Below, piece by piece: positions 13,868-26,910 of a DNA stretch of 64,000 nucleotides. Origin of the DNA: the human T2T-CHM13v2.0 reference genome, Homo sapiens. The stretch lies in assembly GCF_009914755.1 (NCBI RefSeq), contig NC_060936.1. The stretch is one strand, 5' to 3'. The notes under the pieces were generated by a model, which was not told the DNA's origin, made no database searches, and saw only the letters and a list, made by a program, of their open reading frames with translations. The stretch's first letter is position 1. Every line of letters begins with the position of its first letter. The position numbers and the translations under genes are program-made.

Positions 13868-14349
13868 TGTGGTTGGCTGAATTACGGCTATCAAGAAGAT
13901 TCCATGCCTCAATCCCCAATCTGAGGAGCTCTCCCACCCATGAATATGTCACAGCAAGTAGGTTTAAAAAGGGCTAATTGACATTAAAATAGGGAGATAA
14001 TCCTCGATTGCCTATGTGGGCCCAATATAACCACATGAGCCCTCAAAAGCAGAGGCAGGTAGGGCAATCAGAGCAATTCAAAACCTGAGGACTTAACTTG
14101 CTGTGGCTAGCTTGAAGATGGAGGGTGCCCCAGGGATAGTATGAAAAAGAAATGAATTCTGTCATTGACCACTGAGAAGACCCAGCCTCAGGTAGAAACT
14201 GCAGCCTGGTCAACATCTTGATTTCAGCCTTGGGAGACCCCAAGCAGAGAATCAAGCAGTGCCCAGGCTTCTGACTCACAAAAACTGTGAAATAATAAAT
14301 GGGTGCTGTTTTAGGTAACTAAGTTTGAGGCAGTTATGGCAGCAATACA
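13868..14349 (+). mobile_element. MLT1E/F-like MaLR LTR
   Basis: tgtggttggctgaat ... gggagataatcct ... gggcccaatataaccacatgagcc ... cttgatttcagccttgggagaccccaagcagag ... ggcagcaataca. Confidence 0.8.
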
Positions 14350-14369
14350 GCCATCTACCCCTTACCAAA

Positions 14370-14697
14370 ATACACTTTTTGAACATGCCATGTTCTCTCT
14401 ACCCCAGGGCCTTTGCACAGGCTGCTCCCTCTGTCTGTGATCTCTTTCTCAACTCTTCATCTGGCTACCACCAGTTCATCCTTTTGGTGTTAGATCAAAA
14501 ATTTCACCTCTTGATAAAAGTAGTCTTTATCTAAAGTGGGTCCCTCCATTAAGACTATTCCAAGACCCTGTTTGTCTCTTTCTGAGTTTTTGCCAGAGTT
14601 TGTAATTTTCTTTTTTCTTGTTTATTTTTCCCTATTTGGCTATAAGTGCAGAATATACCATGACTCAATAAGTAATTGTTCAATGAATATGAATTAA
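14370..14697 (+). mobile_element. L2 3' fragment
   Basis: cagggcctttgcacaggctgctccctctgtctg ... ctcaataagtaattgttcaatgaat. Confidence 0.7.
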
Positions 14698-14699
14698 TG

Positions 14700-14860
14700 C
14701 CTTACCCCATTCAATCCTCGTGACCAATCTGCAAGGTAGATACTATTACTATCTCCATTTTACATTTACTGAGAAGTAAAGAGATTAAGTAGCGTTCCCA
14801 AGATCACACAGCCCTCGCTGATGGAGACCAAGTATGACCCTAAAAGTTCATGGTCTCAGT
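14700..14860 (-). mobile_element. MIR
   Basis: caatcctcgtgaccaatctgcaaggtagatactattactatctccattttaca...cccaagatcacacagc. Confidence 0.8.
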
Positions 14861-15033
14861 CTCTGAGCTCTCATGCCCCTAGAGAACTGCAAGTTCTACA
14901 AGTAGGAAAACACTGACATCACAGTGAGCCAACAGATTTTATTCTCTAAGTCAGACATCTGCAGCACTCTAAGATTTAACAAATCCTTACATCTGAAATT
15001 GTGTCTTATGCACATCGGCTGTAACATAGTCTC

Positions 15034-15791
<758 letters not shown>

Positions 15792-16537
15792 GTCTCCAAA
15801 CTATAATTTGTGATTTTGATGTTTATCAGAGTGAGGTCTGTTCTCTGTGTTCGTGTTGATCTATTCCCTTCTCTGCTGACACGTGGCTTCTTTTTACCCA
15901 GGTAGACCACGGCGGCTAAGGTCAGAGTCTGCCGCTGCTGTGGTGAAGCCTGTGACAGGAGGGAGCAATTAGAGAAAAGGCTTGTTTGTGAAATCTGAAC
16001 TCTGTGTCCTCATTACTTTCTCCCTGACTTCCTGCTTCATCCCTGCTCTCTGCCCAGGCTCTCTGGTGGTCATTTACAGGAAAGCATGTGACCACATGTG
16101 GAAGTGTGGAAGTGTGATCCCTTTCTTGAACATTTGATTTTGCAAATGACACTTTTTACAAAAGCATCTGCAGAAATCTGGTTAACTCCTTTCTTGATGG
16201 TTACAACTGGAGAAAAAATAGAAACATGTACAGCAACCACCAACATTAACGGAGCCAGATTATTAAAACACTAAAATACCTGCTTCTGACACTTCAGCCA
16301 GCCACGACTCGTATATGTTTTATCGTACTAGCAAGAGACCACTGCACGGCTTGAAGTGTGACTCTGAGGTCACTAAACACAGGAAATCCTCCAATTGTTT
16401 TACAGCTACCACCGGGTATGTTTGTGGAGCCTGTATATTAGCAGGGGAAAAAAATCTGTTCTTTAAAATTAGCTGGTCAAAATTTTCTAATAATAGAATA
16501 TATAAGATGAAATCCATGGAATATGCTATAAGGGCAT

Positions 16538-16942
16538 TGCTATGATTTGGATATGGTTTGTCCCCACCAAAACTCATGTTGAAATTTGATCCCCAGTGTG
16601 GCAGCATTGGGAGATGAGGCCCGGTGGGAGGTGTTTGGGTCATGAGGTCATGGGTCATGAATGGCTTGGTGCTGTTTTTGCAGTACTGAGTGAGTTCTCA
16701 CAGGAAGGAGAGAGAGTTGCTACAAAGTGAGGCTACTCCTCCCGTTTGGTTCTCTCTTCACCCTCTGACTTTCCACCATGCTTTGATGCAACTCAAAGTC
16801 TTCACCAGAAGCTGAGCAGATGCTGGTGCCATGTCTCTTGACTTTCCCAGCCCGTAAAACCATGAACTAAATAAACTTCTTTTCTTTATAAATTGCCCAG
16901 TCTCGGGTATTCTGTTAAAACAACACAAAATGGATTGAAACA
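16538..16942 (+). mobile_element. MSTB-type MaLR solo LTR
   Basis: tgctatgatttggatatggtttgtccccaccaaaactcatgttgaaatttgatcccc ... aaatggattgaaaca. Perfect TSD GGCAT at 16533-16537 and 16943-16947. Confidence 0.92.
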
Positions 16943-19900
16943 GGCATCTACTATATATTGGGACTGGAACAAAAAACTTCTGGCTTTTTATTACAATAAA
17001 TATGTTCCTTGAGCTGTTTGTTCCCACTCATCTCAGCCTTCCCTCTAGCCCATTACCATCAAAAGGAAAGCAGTAAGAATAAAACCCTCTAATACATGAA
17101 CCACGTTCTTTTGTGGAGTGCTGGCATTCTGGTAGGAGTGTTCCATAATAATAATTAGACCACAAGATAATGAAAACTGGTATATCTTGCACACTGGCAA
17201 ATGTGAATGGACTCTGCCCTTAGCAGTGGGAGACAGGCATTAACCCTTTAGTGCCTGGATCTTGGAACAGGTCTCAGGAGTCCAGGGGAGGGATCACCAT
17301 GGCCAGTGCAACCAGAAGGCTCTCTGGGACACAGGGTCATGGTTATTATGTACCAACAGATCAATTATATCAGTTTGAAGCAGGTAAAGACAGCATTGTC
17401 TTTATTTATACCCCAAAGTTCACCTTTAATGTTACAATGTTACAATCTAGAAACACAGTGTATTACAAAGGATGTGGGTAGAGATTTTCTTTGGGGTAAG
17501 ATGTGAGTCCTCCAGCTTTTCCTTGCTACAGCTCCCCAAGGCCCTTTATGTCACTGAGCTGTGGCATAGTTTTACCTGGACCTCAGCCGTCTATGCGAGG
17601 AAGGTCCCACTGAGTCAGAGGAGTACCTGTGTCACAAGAAAGTCCCCCGACTCACAAAAGGTGGCATTTTCCCAGACATTTCCAACATAATTTGTAGAAT
17701 TTTTATAGGAAGCAATACTTTTATAAGAAATAAGTATATTCAAAAACATTCAAATTATTATACATTCTACTTAATAGATAATGCTTGCTTGGAATTTAGC
17801 TTCAGGTGTTCCCCAGGACACCTGAAGTATGTGTAGGTGTAATGTCTCATTATACCCTGTGATGTAGCTGTCAGAGGTCAAAACAAAATAATGGTTTACT
17901 CCTATAGTGAGGAAGGAACAATAAGGAGATCCATAAACTGCTTTTGTTTAGCTTAGAGGAAGCAAACTGATAGCCACATGAAAAATCCATATTCTTGAAT
18001 TAGTTGACAATTAAACTCAAATTTCACATTGAAATACAGTCTGAATTTCCAGATTTTCTTTAAAACTTTCATGATCTGGCCATCCTGCACCTGCCTTCCC
18101 ACATTACAACAGTCAGAGGAGGAGGGGCTGGCCCAGAGGCCAACCCCCATGCACCACTATCTCCACCCATTTGACTCAGTTCTATTACCTGTCTGGCTCC
18201 TGTGGGCTTTGAGTTTTTGACCCCTGATTTTCATCTGTCCATTACCAAGGCCAAATTTTTTCTGCAAGGAAAGTATTTTGTATTGATTAAAAGTTTTCAG
18301 GACATTAACCCAAATTTCCTTTGGTCACTGCATGTGAAATTCAATACTCAAAGTATCCAAAAACATCTTCAATTGGAAATCAAGTCAGACACATTTACTT
18401 AAACAAGCAATTAGCTTTGGCAATAGGAGGCTGAAAAGAAATGAAGTTCATGAACATACTTGTTCCTCTCTAGATGATGCCATTAGTTAGTGTCCAAGTG
18501 TCGACACGTAGCACATATTGTGCCAATTCTGGTACTAAGGAGATTGGAAATGGGAATGTCTAATGTTTCAGAAAACTCAAAGGAGCAGAAGCGGGGTTGG
18601 CTGAGAAATGGTAAGTGAATTTACTAAATATCTCCTGCGCACACAGTATTCTACCAGGCAGGCTATAAATCAATATCTGGTACAGGCATACCTTAGAAAT
18701 ACTGCAGGTTTGGTTCCAGACAACCACAAGAAAGCAAATATCATAATAAAGCATGTCACATGGAATTTCTGGTTTCCTAGTGCACATAAAACTTATGTTT
18801 ACACTATGTTGCAGTCTATTAAGTGTGTAATAGCATTATGTCTAAAAAAAGTGTACATAAATTGAAAATATTTCATTGTTATAAAATGCTAATGATCATC
18901 TGAGCCTTCGGCAAGTCATAAACTTCTTGCTGGTGGAGGGTCTTGCCCGAGTGTTGATGGCTTCTGACTGATCAGGGTGGTGGCTGCTGAAAGCTGGGGT
19001 GGCTATGACGATTTCTTAAAATAAGACCACAATAAAGTTTGCCACAATGATTGACTCGTTCTTTCAAGAAAGATGTCTCTGTAGCATGCAATACTGTTTT
19101 ATAGCACTTTACCCTCAGTAGAACTTCTTTCAAATTTGGAGTCAATCCTCTCAAACCCTGTTGCTGCTTTATCAACTAAGTTTATGTCATATTCTAAATC
19201 CTTTGTTGTAATTTCAAAAGTATTCACAGCATCTTTACCAGGAGTAGATTCCCTCTCAAGAAATCACTTCCTTGTTCATCCATAAGGAGCAACTCTTCAC
19301 CCATTCAAGTTTTATCATGAGATTGCAGCAATTCAGTCACATACTCAGGTGCCACTTCTAATTCTGGTTCTGTTGCTGTTTTCACCACATCTCCATTTCC
19401 TTCCTCCACTGAAGTCTTGAACCCTTCAAATTCATCCATGAAGGCTGGAATCAACTCCTTCCAGACTCTTGTAAATGTTAATATTTTGACCTCCTCCCAT
19501 GAATCCCATTAATGGCATCTAGAATGGCAAGTCCTTTCTAAAAGGTTTTCAACTGATTTTGCCCAAATCCATCAGAAGACTATCTATGGCAGCTATCACC
19601 TTACAAAATGTATTTCTTAAATAATAAGATTTGAAAGTCTAAATTACTCCTTGATCCATGGGCTGCAGAATGCATGTTGTATTGGCAGGCATGAAAACAA
19701 CATGAATCTCCTTGTACATTTCCATCAAAGACCTTGGGTGACCATGTATATTGTCAGTGAGCAGTAATATTTTGAAAGGGATCTTTTTTCTGAGCCGTAG
19801 GAGATCTCAATAGTGGGACCTGTTAACCACGATGTAAACAGATGTGCTGTCATCCAGGCTTTGTTCTTCCATTAATATAGCACAGACAGAGTAGATTTAG

Positions 19901-20200
19901 CATAATTCTTAAAAGCCTTAGGATGTGCGGAATGGTAAATGAGCATTGGCTTCAACTTAGTCACCACTGGCATTAGTCCCTAACTAGAGACCCAGTGTGT
20001 CCTTTGAAGCCAGAAATTGACTTTTCCTCTCTAGCTATGAAAGTCCTACTTGGCATCTTCTTCCACTTCAAGGCTGTTTCATCTACATTGAAAATCTGTT
20101 ATTTAGTGTAACCATTTTCATCATTGATCTTAGGCAGATCTTTTGTATAACCTGCCGCAGCTTCTATGCAAGAACTTGCTGCTGCTTCATCTTGCACTTC

Positions 20201-20726
<526 letters not shown>

Positions 20727-21579
20727 TGAAAACGGCTTCTTTCCTTAAACCTCATGAACCAACCTCTGCTAGCTTCAGACTTTTCATCTGAAGCTTCCTC
20801 ACCTCTCGCAGACTTCACAGAATTGAAGAGAGTTAAGGTATTGCTCTGGATTAGGCTTTGGTTTAAAGGAAAGTTGTGGTTGGTTTGATCTTCTATCCAG
20901 ACCAATATAACTTTCTCCATATCAGCAATAAGGCTGATTTGCTTTCTTATCATTCATGTGTTCACTAGAGAAGCACTTTTCATTTCCTTCAAGAACTTTT
21001 CTTGTGCTTTCACAACATAGCCAACTGTTTGGCACAAGAGGCCTAGCTTTCAGCCTATCTCAGCTTCCGATATGCCTTCCTTACTAAGTTTAACCATTTC
21101 TAGCTTTCGATTTCCAATAAGAGATATGTGACTCTTTCTTTCACTTGAACACTTAGAGGCCATTGGAGGGTTATTAATTAGACTAATTTCAATATTGTTG
21201 TGTCTCAGGGACTAGGAAGGCCCAAGGAGAGAGAGTGAGATAGAGGAATAGCCGATTGGTGGAGCAGTCAGAAAACACACATTTAACAATTAAGTTCACC
21301 ATCTCATATGAGCACAGTTCATGGTACCCCAAAACAATTACAATAATAATCAAAAATCACTGATCCCAGATGACTATAACAGATAATATTAATAGTAAAG
21401 TTTGAAATGTTACAAGAATTACCAAAATATGACACAGAAACACAAAGTGAGCACACGCTGTTGGGAAAATGATGCTGACAGACTTGTTTGACACAGTTGT
21501 TGCCACAAACCTTCAATTTGTAAAACATGCAATATCTGCAAAGTGCGAGAAAGCAGTATGATAAAACAAGGTATATCTG

Positions 21580-21943
<364 letters not shown>

Positions 21944-22574
21944 CTACATAAAGAGTGTTTTAGGGAAGATTTAGAGACTGTCAAATATATGCACATATTT
22001 CTGCAAAAATAATCAAAACTATCTAGTCATTTTCACTTCTCTGCATGGAAACAACAGCCGGTGTTGCCTGTATAGTTTTCTCTGTGAAACTTGATTTGGG
22101 TTTTCCAAGAGGAAAAAGATGATTCCATTAAATTGCCATATAGATTTTACCATTGTCTACAGTGAAGGGGAAGGCAGACTTTGCAATAATTGCTCAACGA
22201 TCTCTCAGCTTCCTCCTTCCTTTCTCTAAATCCCTATACTGTCTCTATCCTGGAACAAAGACATTGTCTCCAAATCCAAGATCCAATACACGTCCTTCCC
22301 TTGGACTGTTGTAAACCATGAACTGGAGCTTCAGCTTACAAAAGTACTTAATCTTCAAATATAAGGTTTGAAAGAAAGAAACATTTATAAACAAACACTA
22401 ATTTTTGAACATTTGTAGATGTTTATTTCACAGTTAAACACATAGTCTTGACAAAACAGTCTTGCTGAACCCGAAGGAATAAAACGGAAAAAAAAAATAG
22501 AATAAAATGGGGAAAAAAAATTTTTTTTTTTTACTCAATTGCTTTGTAATAGATTGGAGAGGGATGAGTTGGTG

Positions 22575-22705
22575 TACATTTAACTTGTTAAGTAAACATG
22601 TTTTAAGTACTTACTCTATGCCTATGTGCTCTAGGGAATGTGCTAAATACTGGGGATATAAAAATTTAGCACCCGACTTAAAGAAATTTAGTATTACAGG
22701 AGAAT
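22575..22705 (-). mobile_element. L2 3' tail fragment
   Basis: aagtacttactctatgcc...tgtgctaaatactggggatata. Confidence 0.6.
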
Positions 22706-22778
22706 AGAACACGATAAATGTTACAATAATAGTATATGTGAAATGCCTTGGGAATAATTCAGAAAGAAGCATAGTGGA

Positions 22779-24022
22779 TGTATCAGCCATTGCTGCATAA
22801 GATAGCACCCCCAAACTTGGACTCAAAGCATCAACCACTTACTATTTCTCACGGGTCTAAGGGTCAGCTGAATGATTCTGCTAATTACAGCTTGGCTCAA
22901 TTATATATGCAGTCAGGTGGTGAATGGCCAGCCCAGAATGGCTTTGGCTACATACGTCACCTGGACTGAGCTGTTCTGTGTCTCATTTTCCAGCAGAATT
23001 CCCCCAGATGTGTCCTCAGAGAAAATTCAGAGGATCAAGAAGGGAGGGGGGGATGGAAACAGAAATTGACATGTGCTTTTTTTTTTTTTTTTCAGGCCTC
23101 TGCTTGCTTCAATTTTGTTACTATCCCATTAGTCAAAGCAAATCAAAGACTAAGCTTGATGTCAATTTCTGAAGGTGCCATCAAGTAACAGTACATAGGT
23201 GCCAAAGGCCATGGGAGACCACATCTTGCATCAGCGTGACCTGGATGTAAGACATGGACTCAAAGGACATCATTTTGGAACTTTAAGGTTTAATGGCTGC
23301 CTTATTGAATTTTGGACTTGCATGGGTCCTGTAGCCCCTTTGTTTTGGCCAATTTCTCCAATTTGGAATGGGTGTATTTACTCAATGCCTGTACCCTCAT
23401 GTGTCTAGGAAGTAACTAACTTGCTTTTGATTTTACAGGCTCATAGGCAGAAGAAACTTGCCTTGTCTCCGATGAGACTTTGGACTTGGACTTTTTGGTT
23501 AATACTGAAATGAGTTAAGGCTTTGGAGGACTATTGGAAAGGCATGATTGTGTTTTGATATATGAGGATATGAGATCTGGGAGAAGCCAGGGGCAGAATG
23601 ATATGGTTGTGCTGTGTCCCCACCCAAAATCTCATCTTGAATCATAATCCCCATAACCCCCATGTATTGAGGGTGGGACCAGGTGGAGGTAACTGGATCA
23701 CAAGGGCAGTTTCTCCCATGCTGTTCTCATAATAGTGAGTGAGTCTCATGAGATCTCATGGTTTTATAGGCATCTGGCATTTCCCCTGCTTACAATCATT
23801 CTCTCTCCTGCCACCCTGTGAAGAAGTGCCTTCTGCCATGATTGTAAGTTTTCTGGGACCTCCCCAGCCATGCAGAACTGTGAGTCAGTTAAGCCTCTTT
23901 TCTTTATAAATTACCCAGTCTCAGATATTTCTTAATAGCAGCATGAAAATGGATTTATACAATAGGACATAGACACAAAGAGTCCATTTAATTGGGGTCA
24001 TTGATGCAATAACTGTACCACA
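22779..24022 (-). mobile_element. MLT1H-like MaLR LTR split by THE1
   Basis: tgtatcagccattgctgcataa...ccccaaactt ... tcccattagtcaaagcaaatca ... resumes after THE1 to ...aactgtaccaca. Confidence 0.65.
23200..23961 (+). mobile_element. THE1 element: 3' ~400 bp of THE1-int (23200-23598) plus 3' LTR (23599-23961)
   Basis: catcagcgtgacctggatgtaagacatgga...ccaggggcagaa (internal end/PPT region), then tgatatggttgtgctgtgtccccacccaaa...ggatttataca. ATAGG on both flanks. Confidence 0.93.
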
Positions 24023-24029
24023 ATGGAGA

Positions 24030-24510
24030 AAGAAGAAAGGATATGTTGGGCTGTCTTCATAGGATGAATAAATTTTTACATGGTACAGACAGGGAAAGGA
24101 TACTCCAGGTATAAGAGGAACAGAAATACAGTTTCTCTGTTTTAAAGAATAGATTGGAAGGAAGTGAAATACTGGAAGCTGAGAGAGCAGCTAGGAACTG
24201 TTGCAGTTGTGTAAGTAAGAAGAAACGAAAACCTGAACCAACATGACTGAAGCAGGAAAGAAAAGAAGAGGAGAAACTGAGAGGCATCATGACAGCAGAA
24301 TCCATAAGAATGAATTTATCATAGTGGGGAAGAAAGAAGAATCAAATATGACCCAAAGTAGATATGTTGAGTGTCTGAGTTGAAGACAATGCTAGTAACC
24401 AGGCCATAAAAGAGAAGCAAGTTTGAAGGCAAAGAGAAAGAATGGTTCTGTTTTTGACATCTGTGTTTAGAGATAACTGTGATAGTAGTGAGGTCTAGTA
24501 GTCATAAAGA
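24030..24510 (-). mobile_element. L2 fragment
   Basis: Purine-rich degenerate L2 antisense (agaagcaagtttgaagg...tctgtttttgacatctgtgtttagagat). Confidence 0.55.
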
Positions 24511-26330
24511 AGAAAATGTTCAAAGATTAACGAACACTGTTGACAGCAGTTGTAGTAAATTGCAAAGAGATATGAATATGGAGCTAGAACTGCTGGAGTC
24601 CCAGCTCTTCCCCTTATTAGCTGTGTGAAAATATGAGGACGAAGCAGAGAAGAAAATATGGCAACACAGGGGGTTACAAATTGTTCATTTACTGAAGGTT
24701 TCGAATTCTTGTGTTTGCTTTTACTTTAATGCTGCCCCTTCCCTCAGCCCGCACCACCTTGTTCATTTTATAAAAACCAGTTGTGCCTACAAAATTCTAG
24801 CATGGTGGGGGAGGGAAAAGATCTGTGTATCCAGAGAAACATGCATTTCACCTACAGGTTTCTTAAACCATTTGGTATTTTTTTTATATCAACAAATGCT
24901 GTTCAGATAAGCTACTGCTATAATTTTTCCCTTAAACCTTTAAGTTACTATAATTTAAAAAATAACCTTAGTTCTTTTGCATTTATATTAAGACTTATTT
25001 TTGCATTATTATTTCATCAGGAAAAACTTGACTCAAATAACTTTTAGATATGATTTCCAAAAGGTGACTGATTTGGTAAATGTGATTTTATTGGATTTGT
25101 ATGCTAAAAAGTGTTCCAGAGAAAGACATGGACAATTTCATATTGAAAGTGTATGGAAAAGCAGAGGGTCAGTGTACCAAACATTGCCTCCACGAACCAC
25201 CTTCAGTAATGTCCCTACTATAGAAATTTAGGTTAAGTCTATGGGGGACAGGGTGCAAAATTACTAAGGAGTCTTTGGGGTAACCAAGTCAAGGCAGGCC
25301 AGTCATATTCCTGAACAGGACTAAAATTGAGTTAGGTTTGAGAGAGCAGAGAGATGTAGATTGAATGAGAGAGAGAAAGCAATGCAGAAGAAGGACTGGC
25401 AAAGGAGATGGTTCATTATGATGATCAGCAGGTGTTTGCAACTGGAACCAAGAGTGGATGGAGGGCAAAATCCTGAGACCATCCATAGCTCCCTGGACTA
25501 ACCTTTGAAGATCACACTCATTAGCTCGGCCTTTACAGCCTTCCTGGGCTTGTCCCTTACCTCTCCAAGCTTCTCCTCCTTACTCCAGCCAGATAGGACT
25601 ACCTATTATCCTACGAGCCCACTACACCTCAGAACTAGAGTTGCCATCAGCCAAAATGTAGGGGGCAGACAATGGAGAATTCAGTCCTCATCACTGGTTG
25701 TGCAGTAGTGTCTCCTGTGATGTTTTGTCAGCCTTGTTGTTTGTTTTCAATGTATCTGTCCTCCTGCTCCAAAAGAGAGAAGACAGATATATTAAATTCC
25801 TTGGCATCAGACTCTAAGTCTAATGCAAGTTTGTGGAGACAATAATGAAGAAAATCAACATTTGTTTTGAGGATAATTTTAGTAAGTCCAATAATGATTG
25901 ACACCCCCCTACAGAAACGTGACACACAGGTCACAGAAAGTGTCACATGTTTCTCCTGCAGGTGGCAGATTAATGACTTTTTGAAAGCTGCCATCTTCAA
26001 GACGCTGCAAAAAGTATCCTAGCCAGACATCACAAAAGAATAAAAGTCAATGATCCTCTCCCAATCTTTTAGCATCAGCAGAGGCATGCTTGGGCTGTGA
26101 CTCAGTTATATTTGCTGTGAGGCTGTGTTCTAAAGAAGGAACATTAGGCTCCTGTTCTCTTTTTTAAAGGTATTAACATGAGAACGGCCCTGTAAGCAGG
26201 ACAAAACAACAGACCAAATTTGGTTTCCAAATAGTCTGCATGTAGGTACTAGCCAGCTTTTTATAGGAATTGCTCAGAAGACAATCTGCAAAGATGAATG
26301 CAAGGGAAGCCCTTTCCACTGAAAGAAAGG

Positions 26331-26910
26331 TGTTGCTGAGTGTCCTGAAGACCACCCTCAGGTTCAAGGAATTGCTAGAAGGACTCACAGAATTCAGAAA
26401 AGCTATTATCCTCACTGTTACAGTTGATTACAGCAAAAGGATACAGATTATAGGGCAGAGTCCAGGGGAGACCAGGCACAAGCTTCCAGTGGTCCTCTCC
26501 CAGTGGAGTTGTATGGATAGCACTTAATTCTCCCAGTAATAATGTGTGACAATGTGTATACAGAGTATTGCCACGCAGAGAAGCTCATCAAGACTTAGTG
26601 TCAGAGTTTTACTGGGGGTCAGTCATGTAGACATGGAGCACCAGTGTGGCTGAGCTTAGTTACTCAACCTCCAGCACCTCTAGAGGTTAAACTGATACTG
26701 TACAGCCCAAGGCCCCCATCATAAATCACATTGTGAATATAAACCATCTGGTATGGTTCAAGGCCACAGGTGAACAAAGATATTCATGTCAAGCAGGATA
26801 TTTCAAGGGCTTAGAGTTTATCTCCCAAGAGCTGGACAAGGGCAGAGCCTTTTTTGAAATGTTCAGGGTTTGGACATCCCAGTCCTGCTGAGTCAAACCT
26901 TTACTGCACA
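26331..26910 (-). mobile_element. MER77-like ERVL LTR
   Basis: aagaccaccctcaggttc..ttgctagaaggactcacagaa ... cctgctgagtcaaacctttactgcaca. Flanks aaagg / gaagg. Confidence 0.8.
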
